Below, piece by piece: positions 12,030 to 25,517 of a stretch of DNA of 64,000 nucleotides; the first letter of the stretch is position 1, and the number at the start of each line of letters is the position of its first letter. A program made the position numbers and the translations under genes. Source of the stretch: Octopus sinensis (Eukaryota); the NCBI RefSeq assembly GCF_006345805.1, contig NC_043004.1, positions 85,622,001-85,686,000 of the forward strand. The letters run 5' to 3'. The notes beneath the pieces are model-generated. The model was not told the origin of the DNA and did no database searches. It saw only the letters and a program-made list of their open reading frames with translations.

Positions 12030-12371
12030 TTTAGATTTATCACCACGAGAAATCACACTCCGAATTTTTCACCTACACACACATAAACACACACACACAT
12101 GTAGTCGATTCGTATGGCAAAAACAATACATATAAACAAAAACACAACACGAGGACGTGCGTAGGAAATATATTAGCTTGACGCCCGATAAAAGGAGAGA
12201 GTTTGATAAAAGGAGAGAGTTTGATAGCTCTTAGTGGAAGAGGAGAAAGTTGAAAATCTTAAGAAGGGAAAGAAATTGCCAACAGCGCACGTGTAATTAC
12301 ATTGCTGAAGTGACCGGGAGTGGAAAGAGATAAAGTGTTTTTGAGACAGGAAAGTGTGAAGATGGTCGGTA

Positions 12372-12406
<35 letters not shown>

Positions 12407-12419
12407 ATGAGTAATATAT

Positions 12420-13180
12420 ATATTGACATGAGCAATGATGCATCTTTCCAAGTGCATATTACTAATCTGGTGATAAAATGCAGACGGCTAGCTGGATGGA
12501 TTCTCCGAACTTTCAGAACAAGAGAGAAGGAGACACTGATGGTCCTATGGAAAACATTTGTCCTCAGCCGCTTGGACTACTGCTCCCAACTATGGTCACC
12601 ACACAATATAAAACTAACAGCAGAACTCGAAGCAATTCAGAGAAGCTACACAAAGAAGATCGTCTCAATGCAAAATATCAGCTACTGGGAAAGACTGAAA
12701 GTATTAAACCTCTTCTTCCTAGAGCGGAGGCGGGAGAGATATGCGGTGATATACATCTGGAAAATCTTGGAGGGTCTTGTCCCAAACTTTGGTATTCATA
12801 GTTACCCCAACTGCAGAACGGGGCACCACTGCATGGTGCCAAAGATTCCAACATCACCATCAAAATACAGTTCCAGATACTGCAACAGCTTGGGTTTCAG
12901 AGGACCACAGCTCTTTAACATCCTCCCTAAATGCTTGAGAGACTTACATGGTGTGGATGTGGGTTTCTTTAAAACTAAATTGGATCTCTTCTTGTCGGGA
13001 GACCCAGATGAACCTACCTCACGACAGGAGACACAGATGAGGGCAGCAGCATCGAACTCCCTTGTTGATCAAGTGCCACGTATCAGAGGTTTATTCACAT
13101 ATTAGTATAGCTCATTCAGCGGTGGTGCCCCAGCATGGCCGCGGCCTTCGGGCTAAAACATTTTAAAGGATTCTAAGGAT
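12420..13180 (+). mobile_element. 5'-truncated CR1-group LINE (C-terminal part of ORF2 plus 3'UTR)
   Basis: Open frame to 13105: GWILRTF, SRLDYCSQLWSP, LEAIQRSYTK, SYWERLKVLNL..LERRRER, GPQLFNILP, FKTKLDLFL; tail AAGGATTCTAAGGAT then (TA)n. Confidence 0.92.
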
Positions 13181-14153
13181 ATATATATATATATATATAT
13201 TACATATTTTATTGGGTAAAAATTGGTATCTACTAAAATATCCAAGTAAAGGGATGTTAATGTGAAGAAACGTTTAACTATGTTTTATGACATTTAGAAA
13301 CCTAAAAGGAAACCGTTTGTGAATATATAAAGGTTAAACCTTCATCCGTTTTTCTGCGTTAACCAGGAGAAAGTTGAAAATCTTTTTCTAGATGAAAATC
13401 TTATTCCAGGCTGTTTTTGATTCGAGAAACTGCAGTGAAAAATATCCAGCCTGAATATTTGTAATTCAACATCAACCGAGAATAACCGAATTCTCATTTG
13501 AATATTATACGCTTACAATATACAGTTCTAAATATTTTGAAAGAATTTGTAGACAAACTGGCTTAGATTTTATCTATATTCATTATATTAACTTCAGTAA
13601 TTTTCGTGTTTTCTTGGCTTTTATTTTTCAATATAAAATATCAAGTTTCTTTGCTCACGTCGGCACATTTCCATATTGTTTTTATTTCTTTGATATTAAT
13701 GAAATCGTTGAAAGTGTTTCTTATCCAATATATTATTCAATAATCCTGGAATTCCAAAGTAGATGAAACTAATTCTTTATAACTAGCAGCAATGATATCA
13801 ATAAAGAAATCATTAAATATATTTCTTTTTGTTTATGCATAAATATGCCACCTGGTATTTCGTAGGTATAAGTCTGCAGCAGTCGTGTATTTCTCGAAGA
13901 TATTTATGACACGAGTGAAATAAATTTCAAAAAAAAAAAATAGTGGATAAAGATAAAATGCGATTCTTAATTAACTATGAAATTGTTTTTATACCCCGTT
14001 ATGTCTTGGGTGGGCCAATATGCCAATAATAATTGCTCACACACTAGTTAACTAATCGATAGTTATTTTAATGTGTTAGTTAAGCAATAAATCGATTATT
14101 TCTTCCTCGAATTTATTTCGCCTCTATTCGTATCATTTCCATTATTGTGCCGC

Positions 14154-14194
<41 letters not shown>

Positions 14195-15189
14195 AATGTC
14201 AGCTCTGAGTACGAATGCGGGCAAGTTACTGAGAGGAATACAAACAGCAACGAAAGAACTTTGCCTACAAAACAACCGATTGATTTTTTACCCATTACAT
14301 TAAACAAACGTTCGATTATTCACTTGGTTAGATATTTAACAAATTGACTAACAATTAAAAAGTGTCGTTAGGCCAGTGCGTGTGTTATTATCACAGGCGT
14401 AATTACCCACCCAAACACGATAAAATTTCTCCCAACACATTAATTCATATCATAAATCTTATTTCTATACCATTTTATGCTGCTACCATTTTTCTTCGAG
14501 CAGTGTGTCTCTGGAACTCACGATCATCTATCATCATCTTGCTTTCCTCTGCTTTATGATATTCAGTCCTTTAAACATTCTGCCAATCGATATCTCTTAC
14601 GATTTTAGGACCCTTTTCTTTCTTTGTAGTCCTTTGCAATATAATACCCTTAAGCCTTTGGGGGCACAAATTTGTATTAAAATATTGTAGTTAGGATTAA
14701 CGAAATCCATAAAAGTGAATTTTAAGGCTGTCGCAATATCATCGATGTTGGGAACGCTGTATATTTGATTACTTGACCCCCAGTACATGGCTGGTACTTA
14801 CTTTACGGACCCTGCAATGATGAGAGGCAAATTTGCGCCAACTTAAAGTTCACACACAAAACAAGAGATTTTGTCTGGCGCTTTCTTGATCTTATAATTC
14901 TATCCGTTTTATGACCACCCTGAACGAGATCAATAATATTGATTTCCAATATCGACAGAAGTTCTCGAAATTTGATAGAAGTTTATAGTTCATTAAATCG
15001 AACCAATATTTGACTTGAATATTGTTTTATTGATTCTTGCAAGATGACATGCAAAGTTGCTCGGGATTTCGCCTCAATTGTTTGAAGGACTTTTACGAAA
15101 TATCGCAAATAATTTCGTCCAACGACCAACAGATTGTACTTATTGTACAACCAGAACTAACATAACATTGTAATGAGCAGGGCCTAAAA

Positions 15190-15469
15190 CAGGAGTTCCC
15201 AGTCCAGGGGTCCACAGGAGCTTTAAGGGGGTTCCACAAGTAAAAAAATTCTAATTTGTGGGTCCATTTATAAATCCTATTACTTGAAATTTTCAAGATT
15301 TGTATTTGGAATTTATGTTATGAATAAAATGAAATTGTTTCATTGTTAGTTTTTACTAACCTACAACCAAATATTTTATTTCAAAAATTTACATGTGCAT
15401 ATATGGAGTCCACAGATGATAAGATAGCTCTCAGGAGGACCACAAGCAAAATAAGATTGGGAATCCCTG
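15190..15469. mobile_element. hAT (Charlie-like) MITE
   Basis: Ends CAGGAGTTCCCA / TGGGAATCCCTG; imperfect 8-bp TSD GCCTAAAA / CCCTAAAT. Confidence 0.6.
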
Positions 15470-17183
15470 CCCTAAATCTAGAAGAATTTCACTAACAAAT
15501 ACAACAACTACAATGACAACAACAAATGCAGTTTTGAGAACTCAACATTTGGATGTGAGACTTCCTCAGTCAACAAAGAGGTTTCAGTTATTCAAGCAAA
15601 GGAATTAACTGCTTATGAATTAAAAATCAAGAAGTTGAGCATCCCGCAGATATGCGTGCCCTTAACGTAATTCTGAAGAACCAGGATGACAGTGTGAGAA
15701 AAAGCTGTCTCTATTCAATTACATGTACAAACCCACAGCCGTCTTTAATTCATTTCTGCCCAGGTTCACTTGCACTCACATGATATGGGTGGCCCCTAGG
15801 CTATGCAAGATTACATTTGTCCAATATAGTAGGTAGTGGCAACGAACCCCGAATTTCATGAGGGCAAAACGACCGTCTTTAGCAAAATCTGCGCCTCGTG
15901 AATCAACACTAGTGACATAAAAAAATTATTTTAAAACCGATGTAACACACGTGAAGTGTTCTTCCCCCGAACAATACTCTTCAAGTAACAAGACGACTAA
16001 TCAAGTGGGAGAATTCAAACACAGGAAAGAGAAATATCGAAACATTCAATTTAGATGCAATATCTAAGAATGTGTTTGCAGCAGCTGACAATTTCTATCA
16101 CGTTATAACTGATTTAATTCTTGAATTTCTTTTCTTTCATCACATTGCTAACAAAGTATGAAAGACAGTAAATATGGCCCTTTATAGGGTTTCGGATATG
16201 GTGAAAGTGAAAGAGATGTAGCGAAGAAGGAATTTTCCTGCAGGATATATTGTTTGAATACTTAGATAAGAATAGATCCCGCTAAAGAGATCATATATTA
16301 CGTTTTGTCATCCAAAATAAGCCACTGTAGAATTTGAACCCAGTGCAGAATAATAAGTCCCAGAAGAAATAACGCAAGGTATCATGTCGGGGGTTTTAAT
16401 TTTAACTGTACAGAAAAAGTAATTTCTGACACTGGAAGTGTAAAAGGCAATGTTTACTTTTGCAGGACTTGAATTCTATAAGAAACCGGGATAAAATAGC
16501 GTAAGGCACTTCCTTCGATACTCTACAATTCGCCATCTACAATGCTTCGAAACAATGTATATTAGTACCAAAGTTGTTCGCCTGTTCGCTATGTACTATA
16601 CTTAAAATCAAGTGTATATTAGCCCCGAATACGTAGTCAAGGTAAGTCATTTATGGGTCTAATATATACAGTGAAATGTCCCCTGCAAGGACCCTTCTGG
16701 TAGCATCTCACTGTTTTGTATTAACCTCAGTCAAGTATCACAGTCCTCGAAGTTCATGTTTTAATTTCGATTTGATTCCTTTATGTTCCAAATAAAACCT
16801 GCAAGGTGTGTAGCTAACATTATATTTATTCAAAAGATAGACGGTTGCGTCAATGACACTTTATAAGGTCACCATTTTGGGAAAGACTTTTCTCTTGACT
16901 ACTGATTTAGGAGTTAAACCACAGTAGCAACAAGAATGAAACAAGAGAAGTAAACTCAGAAACCGGATTAGTAACAAATATAATCACAACATTATACATT
17001 TTGTAATCCTCAAACGCAGAATACCAGCATGGCTAATCAAGATGCAGATTATTGATAAATATATATCATAGGCCAAACGCCAAATTATACTGCATTCGCG
17101 AATATGCATTGCTCAAAGGTAATATATGTACACACACACACATATGCAGCAGTGCTGTGTGGTGAGAAGCATCCTTCACAACC

Positions 17184-17214
<31 letters not shown>

Positions 17215-17289
17215 GGTGAATGAATTATCCTATGTTTATCGTCAGCATGGAAAATTATATATATATGCATAATATACACACACACGCAC

Positions 17290-17332
<43 letters not shown>

Positions 17333-17548
17333 CATAACAATGATAAATCTCAGAGCGAGTTATAAACAGTAGCGGTAACACATCGTGATGCATATTTGCC
17401 ATTTGAATATGGCTAACCTATAAGGGTGGATGCTACTGTAGTTTGTAGCCCCAGGAAGATATCTCCTCCCGCTGGCTATAGACACACTATCTGTGTCCTC
17501 TCTGTATTTGTGAAGGGGAGTCATCCTCCCCGTCTTCAACACATGATA

Positions 17549-17593
17549 CACACGTACCCGAGTTTCAAGGTGTTTACCTTTCATCAGCGTGTG
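17549..17593 (-). ncRNA. Minimal type I hammerhead ribozyme
   Basis: Minus strand: CACACG-CTGATGA-AAGGT-AAAC-ACCTT-GAAAC-TCGG-GTA-CGTGTG; intact core. Confidence 0.88.
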
Positions 17594-17794
17594 ACAATCA
17601 TGGTTGTCGATGAGAAGTCAGATCCCTTCAAATGGCAAATATGCATCACGATGTGTTACCGCTACTGTTTATAACTCGCTCTGAGATTTATCATTGTTTG
17701 ATTTCACTTTTTCTATATAAGTGTCAAATTGACACTGGAAAAAGTATATGTATTTGTGAAGGGATCTGACTTCTCATCGACAACCATGATTGTC

Positions 17795-17837
17795 ACACGC
17801 TGATGAAAGGTAAACACCTTGAAACTCGGGTACGTGT
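17795..17837 (+). ncRNA. Minimal type I hammerhead ribozyme
   Basis: ACACG-CTGATGA-AAGGT-AAAC-ACCTT-GAAAC-TCGG-GTA-CGTGT; predicted cleavage after 17832. Confidence 0.88.
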
Positions 17838-17996
17838 TATCATGTGTTGAAGACGGGGAGGATGACTCCCCTTCACAAATACTGAGAGGACAAAGATAGT
17901 GTCTCTATAGCCAGCGGGAGGAGATATCTTCCTGGGGCTACAAACTACAGTAGCATCCACCCTTATGGGTTAGCCATATTCAAATGGCAAATATGC

Positions 17997-18049
<53 letters not shown>

Positions 18050-18599
18050 CCTCTGTGTCTGTGTGTGTATGTGTGTAATTTTTTTTCAAAGCTATATACA
18101 AAGCAAGAACAACAACTGCAGCAGTATGACAATGCCTTAATTCTATTTCGCTGCCATATTAATATATCTGCACCTTAAAAATTGTATTCAGTAACAAATT
18201 CAAGCTGGACTTACTAAGCATTGGTCTTTGCAGTAACTAACGGAAAAATTAAATAAATAAATAAACAAAAAAAACCCCCAAAGAAATGAATAAATAAAGG
18301 CATATATAAACATCAAAGCGATAACTACGGTTATTGTAGTAACTACTAACAGCTGCAACATCGATAAAGATAGGAAAAATAAAATAAGATGAAAAGGAGA
18401 AGAAACGGAAATGAAGGCAACAAACACTAACAACAGCCAAGAGTAAAACAACTGTAAAAGTGAGCAAAACAAATGCAGTTTAGGCAACAAGAAACGAAAA
18501 ACAAAAAGAACAAAAAAAAATGACACGAGAAATGCAACAATGTCAATGCAAATAATCAAGAACGACAACAACGGCGAGAAGAACAGTTTCAGGAATACC

Positions 18600-18620
18600 A
18601 ATGACAAAAACAACAACAAC

Positions 18621-18676
<56 letters not shown>

Positions 18677-18725
18677 TAATAATAATAATATTAATAATAA
18701 TGATGATAATAATAATAATAATAAC

Positions 18726-18763
<38 letters not shown>

Positions 18764-18820
18764 TAATAATAACAATAATAATAATAATAATAATAATATA
18801 ATAATAATAATATAATAATA

Positions 18821-18851
<31 letters not shown>

Positions 18852-18871
18852 TAATAATGATGATGATAATA

Positions 18872-18948
<77 letters not shown>

Positions 18949-18949
18949 C

Positions 18950-18983
<34 letters not shown>

Positions 18984-19071
18984 TAATAATAATTATAATA
19001 ATAATGATTATGATGATGATGATACGAAGAAAAGGATAACAATAATGATAATAGTAATAATATTAAAAATA

Positions 19072-19109
<38 letters not shown>

Positions 19110-19177
19110 GTGATATAATGACAATAATGATGATAATAATAATAATAATAATAATAATAATCTCGACGACGACGACA

Positions 19178-19212
<35 letters not shown>

Positions 19213-19464
19213 AATGACGACGACGACGATGATGATGATGATGATGATTACGATGATCGTGATGATGATGATGATGATGACGACATCCACGAGGATGTTG
19301 ATGACGGTGATGAAGATGGTGATGGAGATCGTGACGATGACGGCGACGACGATGACCACGACGATCATGATGATGCTGATGATGATGTTGACTACGACGA
19401 CGACGATGATGATGACGATGATAATGACGACTAAGTTGATGACGATGGTGTTAACAAAAACGGC

Positions 19465-19501
<37 letters not shown>

Positions 19502-19792
19502 TAATAATATTAAAAATGATAATAATATTAAGAAGAAGAAGACGAAGAAGGAGGAGGGGGGGAGGGGAGGAGGAGGGGGAGGAGGAGGAGAAGAATAAGA
19601 AGAAGAAGAAGAAGAAGAGGAGAGCAATAAAAAGCAGTAATAACGACTACTTCAAGAAGTATAATGCAGTAATTCCACAAACAACAGCTGCAAACGGATG
19701 TACTGACGTCATTAAAATCATCATAAAACATCGTCATCACCAACATCATCGTCGTCGTCGTCGACGTCGTCTTCATCAGCGTCTTCATCATC

Positions 19793-19824
<32 letters not shown>

Positions 19825-20062
19825 CACTATTATCCTAATAGTCATTGCCATCATCATCTTGATCATCATCATCATCATGTTTATATCCGTCGTCAGTTTT
19901 GTCATCACCAACGTCGTCGTCATGGAAACAGTCACCGCTATCTCCTACTCTTTTTGCTCCATCTTTTCTTTGTTTTCATTACTTCTCTTTCTTGTTTTTT
20001 TTTCTTTTTTCTCTTCATCTCCCGCCTCCTCCTCGCTCCCTTCTCCCGTTTTTATTACCATT

Positions 20063-20100
<38 letters not shown>

Positions 20101-20600
20101 TATCGTCATCATCTTCATCATCATCACCATCTTCATCATCATCAGCATCATCAGCATCATCAGCATCATCATCTCCTTCGTCGACGTCATCATCAGTGCT
20201 ATCTTCATATTCATTGCTACTCCCATAGCGACTAACATCATCGCCATCATCATCACTATCATCATTGTCATCAACATCATTACCACCACCTCCAGTTCCA
20301 TCTCCATCATCGTCATCATCATCATCATCATCACCACCACCACCACCGCCGCCACCACTCCACTGCACCTACATTATTATCACCACCACCAACAACAACG
20401 CCAACAACAACACCTTCATCATCATCATCGTCACCATCAGCATCATCACCACCACCACTCCACATCACCAGCACTATTGACACCACCACCAACAACAACG
20501 CTAACAACAACACCACCACCATCATCATCATCATCATCATCATCACCATCATCATCACCATCATCCCCACCATCATCACCATCATCATCACCATCATCAC

Positions 20601-20637
<37 letters not shown>

Positions 20638-20790
20638 TCCATCATCATCATCATCATCTCCATCATCATCGTCATCATCATCATCATCATCATCGTCATC
20701 ACCATCATCATCTCCATCATCATCTCCATCATCTCCATCATCGTCGTCGTCGTAGTTGTTCGCATCTTCGTCGTCATCGTTATCACAAGA
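18600..20790. repeat. Compound trinucleotide array (AAT)n, (GAT/GAC)n, (GAA/GGA)n, (CAT/CAC)n
   Basis: Directly visible; explains the poly-N/I/M/H/S/D ORFs. Confidence 0.95.
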
Positions 20791-21194
20791 CATCATCATT
20801 AGCTACTATTATTCCTGCGGCTACTTCATCATTTCCCCTACAATCTCAGCAATCAACATTAAAATTGTCTTTAAGAATACCACATCCCATTTTAACAACA
20901 TTCTATTATATCAACAACAGCATCAACAACAAAATCCCAGCAACAGCATCACCAACCGCATTGTCGTTAATACAAAAAATAACAAACATAAAATTGATAT
21001 TAGACATTATCAAAAAAAAAAGCAAACATCATGTTCGTTACAAGTTTGAAACAAGGGAACCCCTAACGGGTTCTTCGATATGTTGGAAATACCCTAGAAA
21101 TTCTCACTCAAGTCACACCGTTTCAAGACAGGAACGACACTTTGGAAAATACATACTCGTGTATACATACGAGATGGTTGTGTTTAATGAAAAG

Positions 21195-21600
21195 TAATAT
21201 ACATTATTTACATTTGATGGATATTTGTCCTCATCTTCTTTGGCTCATTTACCCTCCAGCCTTCATCAGGTGTCTTGGACAACTTTCGAAAATAGGTTCT
21301 CATTTCTAAAGTGATTTTCAATGTTATACTTATTATTATTGTTCAGGTTCCTGCTTGGAATCGAAATTGAAATCTTCGGGTTAGTAGCCGCGCTCATAAC
21401 AACTATGCCCTATGCCCGTTGACAATTATGCAGTGAATTTTAGGGCTTATAAATCTAATATTTTCCTATCTTTCCCTTTTCCATATGCTCTTCATATCTA
21501 CACTCAGTCTGTTTAGGAGGTTGTTGTGCCCTAGCGTATGTCCTGCTTCTTTTAGTTTTCGTATTTTTCAGTGGCGTTCTCTGTCTATTATTTTATCATC
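21195..21600 (-). mobile_element. Degenerate element with tRNA-like segment upstream of a partial hammerhead
   Basis: Minus strand: GGCATAGTTGTT...TTTCGATTCC (21346-21418), short (AAT)n, then CTGATGA-AGGCT..AGCC with the GAAAC half lost (21241-21274). Confidence 0.5.
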
Positions 21601-21624
21601 ATCCCACAGGGAGAGGTGGTCTCC

Positions 21625-22240
21625 ATTTTTTTTACTTAAGTTTTAACATCATCTCCTTCGAAATAGTCACCTTGCGCAGAAATACACCAGTCCCAGCATC
21701 CTTGCCATTTTCAGAATCCGACCTGGAAATAGTTTTCCGTAAGCAAATGAAGAACCTTCTGCAATAGGCTCTAGATCACGACCACGGTACTACAACGCTG
21801 ACCATTGATCTACATTTTCTTCTTGGGGAAGTGATGGAAGTCCAGAGGTGCTAAATCTCGCGAATAGGGTGGGCGGGTGTGGGAGCGATATTATGTTGTT
21901 TTTAGCGAGAAACTCACGAGCGAACAGCGCCCGGTGACCGGATACATCGTCGTAGTGAACGATCCAGATTTTAGTATTGCCTGCATAGATCCATACGACA
22001 GACTAACATCATAAGCAATGTCGTTTATTGTCCTCAGACGATCCTTATGCACAAAGCTACTAAATTTCTCTTTATTTCCGGGTGTGACTCTCGTAAACGG
22101 TCTTCCAGATCGCTTATCTTCCTTCAGAGACGTTCTTCAGCTTTTGAGGCGCCATGTCACTCAAAACATTGCATACGACCCATTGCCACGTTGCTGTAAA
22201 GTTACCAAAACCTGCTCAATGTCTCTGTAGCAGACTCCCC
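21625..22240 (-). pseudogene. Internally deleted, degenerate mariner transposase
   Basis: SATETL, RTSLKEDKRSGRP, DRLRTINDIA, WIVHYDD..GHRALFAREFLAK, CWDWCISAQGDYFEGD. Confidence 0.85.
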
Positions 22241-22839
22241 AATTTTAGCGCTAAATATCTCATCAGGTCTTCCTTCCATCTTCCTATCTTTTAATTTTCT
22301 CTGTCATTTGTACTCTGTATAAGTTGACCTGTATTGATAGATCCAACTTACACTAAAAAAAAATCATCATCTAAAAGACTCCACCTTTTGCTATCTCTCT
22401 TTCTACATGTATACATATATGCATATTTTCTATTTCATACACAAACTACTCATTTACTATATTTAATATATGTAATTTATTTCATGTACCTAATTAGTAA
22501 ATCCGCACAATTGCCTCTATACCCACTTGACTTGATCCCTATTATAGATTTTCTTTACGTTGTAGAATAATCCCTTGTACAGACATTGGAATTTAAGTTT
22601 GAGTATTTTGAGTACTAACAAGTGTCCTCTTAACGAAGAACCTCCAGTTATCATCTCTCAGCTATATAAATGTTGGCGCATTGTTGTACCACTATTGTAT
22701 TTATATTTTAACCTGAGGGTGCTTTGTTTTACTGGAAAGCAATACTACCGTATTGCCCTATTATTTTTTCTTTGTGTGCCATGATAGATCGCTAGCCACT
22801 ACACATTCTTTATTTTCTCTCCTTGTTTTCTCTGTGTTC

Positions 22840-22875
22840 CTTTCTGTGTAAGAGCGTAGGCTCGAAACGTTAAAG
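22840..22875 (+). ncRNA. Minimal hammerhead-like motif with altered core
   Basis: CTTT-CTGTGTA-A-GAGC-GTAG-GCTC-GAAAC-GTT-AAAG within a ~175-bp block ending at (TA)n 22960; A6 and G8 not canonical. Confidence 0.6.
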
Positions 22876-22985
22876 ACTTTTTTAACTTCCCGAGCTTTAT
22901 ACTAATACATCTGTTGTCTGCACCACCTGTCTTCGCTTTTTGCTTTTTGTGAATTCTCCATATATATATATATAATATATATATA

Positions 22986-23045
<60 letters not shown>

Positions 23046-23489
23046 TGGCTTGGAGATGATGTACAGGTATTTTATATTAGAAGAAATGAGGTACTCATAA
23101 ATTTGGATGGTTTTATGGTTGTTACAGATATTTATTTGTATATTACATGTTTTTATACATCATATATCATATATCATATAATAGCGCTTTCGTCCATTCT
23201 TGAGGAAAATTTGACCATTTTACAGTGTTATTGAGTGTGTAATGGTAGAGAGGGATATAAATTAGTACAAAAGGGTGATGAATGGAGAAAAAGTGAGAGA
23301 TAGAATGTGTGTGTGTGTGTGTGTGTGTGTGCGTGCGTGTGTGTGTGATTTTTGTATCTGAAAGAGTTGTTAAAGAAAAAGAAGGAAAGGAAGAAAAGGG
23401 AGAGAAAGAAGAAAGAATTGTTTTGTTGGTCTTTTTGTAGCTGGTCAGGATGTTTACTCAAAGGGGGGCAAAATGTCACTTTTCCAAAA

Positions 23490-23810
23490 ATAGCCTCGGG
23501 CCGACCAAATCTTTGTGACTGGATTTGGTAGACGGAAACTGAAAGAAGACCGTCGTATATATACGTAAATATACATTATGTGTGTGTATATGTTTGTGTG
23601 TCTGTGTTTGTCCCCCCCCCCCAACATCGCTTGACAACTGATGCTGGTGTATTTACGTCACCGTAACTTAGCGGTTCGGCAAAATAGACCCATATAATAA
23701 GTACTAGGCTTACAAATAATAAGTCCAGGGGTCGATTTGCTCGACTAAAAGCGGTGCTACGACATGACCACAGTCAAATGACTGAAACGAGTAAAAGAGT
23801 CTAAAAGAAA
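23490..23810 (+). mobile_element. SINE family 2, 5'-truncated
   Basis: Matches 10970-11320. Confidence 0.85.
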
Positions 23811-24011
23811 TAAAGTGCATCAAAGCCTTAAACAAACTCTTTATTAATAATTGTTACATTGTTGTTGTTGTTGCTGTTGTTTCTGTTTTTTACTGTTTAG
23901 TGACAATGTCAAACTACACCGGAGTAGGTTGGGATAAAATTGAAAAAAAAAACAAAAAAAAATCCAGTAGGGAACTCTCTGCCTTTTTAATGACATCTAG
24001 TAATATATTGT

Positions 24012-24392
24012 GGAGGTGCAATGGCCCAGTGATTAGGGCAGCGGACTCGTGGTCATAGGATCACGGTTTCGATTCCCAGACCGGTCGTTGTGAGTGTTTA
24101 TTGAGCGAAAACACCTAAAGCTCCACGAGGCTCCGTTAGGGGATGGTGGTGATCCCTGCTGTACTCTTTCACCACAACTTTCTCTCACTCTTACTTCCTG
24201 TTTCTGTTGTACCTGTATTTCAATGGGCCGGCCTTGTCACCCTCTGTGTCACGCTGAATTTCCCCGAGAACTACGTTAAGGGTACACGTGTCTGTGGAGT
24301 GCTCAACAACTTACACGTTAATTTCACGAGCAGGCTGTTCCGTTGATTCGGATCAACCGGAACCCTCGTCGTCGTAACCGACGGAGTGCTTC
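24012..24392 (+). mobile_element. SINE family 3 (tRNA-Arg-like head), tail type A
   Basis: A box TGGCCCAGTGA, B box GTTTCGATTCC; TSD CATCTAGTAATATATTGT / CATCCAGTAATATATTAT. Confidence 0.9.
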
Positions 24393-24689
24393 CATCCAGT
24401 AATATATTATCTAATTTGTTATTTTCTCCATTTTTCTCAGACAATCAAGTAACATACGAGTGACATCACGTAGCTATTTGTAGCAGCTGACGTGAGCACA
24501 CAGAAGCTCTCATAACGAGACATTTGCGTATAGTCAAAGGTAATCAAACATTGCGTAATTCACAAAGACTTCGTTGCTTTGTAATGTTATATTCCAAATC
24601 TATACCTGGTACGACCTATAGAGTAAAATAAATGCGCTATATACACAAGAATAGGAAAACAAGAGACGTGTAGTATAAAGTATTATATT

Positions 24690-24693
24690 GCGC

Positions 24694-24791
<98 letters not shown>

Positions 24792-25298
24792 TATATATAA
24801 CATATTTTAATTCCTCTGTGATATTTCGTTGTAAAACTTTTCAGAATAAATTATTCCATATTGATTTAACACATGTAATAAACGATTTCAGATACTTGCT
24901 TCTCATGGACATTTTAACGACAAACAACACATCTTACAGCGTCGTAGAGAGAGAGGGGGGGAGAAAGAAAGAGAAACGGAGAGAGATAGAGAGAGAGAAG
25001 TGGAAAGAGAGAGAGGGAGAGATTTAACTTTTACGAAATGGATACCACGAAATAGTTGAGAAATAATAATCGGCATACATTCGCTATTCAAACATTAACC
25101 ATCATTTCATAACTACGAAAATATGTTGGCGAAAATAGCATTCGAATAACAAAATTAGAGTTACGTAATATTTTATTGACACAGAAAAGAATTCGCACAG
25201 TGGTTCTAAGAGTTTCGCGTAACATAGTCTTCTCTCACTCTCTATGACACACACTCTCTCTCTCACTCTCTCTCTCTCTCATGAACTCTCTTTCACTC

Positions 25299-25384
<86 letters not shown>

Positions 25385-25485
25385 CGTGTGTGTGTTTGTA
25401 TACATATATATATGTATGTATGTATATATATGTATTTATATACCTATCTATCTATATATATATATATATATATGTGTGGTGTCTG

Positions 25486-25517
<32 letters not shown>

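Larger units (their letters stand above)
17336..18001. mobile_element. Non-coding hammerhead element: inverted partial copy plus 352-bp unit with terminal redundancy
   Basis: 17336-17630 is the reverse complement of sequence in 17627-18001; TTCAAATGGCAAATATGCATCAC occurs at 17627 and 17979; (TA)n on both flanks. Confidence 0.9.

Noticed and set aside
18200-20800. Long ORFs with poly-L/N/I/M/H/S/D runs
   Set aside because: Translation of stop-poor trinucleotide repeats on both strands; no domain or splice evidence
24012-24085. tRNA-Arg-like sequence as a real tRNA gene (also other SINE heads)
   Set aside because: Continues into SINE body with TSD; acceptor stem incomplete
24815-24850. Minus-strand CTGAAAA-GTT-TTAC-AAC-GAAA-TATC next to (TA)n
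   Set aside because: C3-A8 mismatch and no stem I; may be chance in AT-rich DNA
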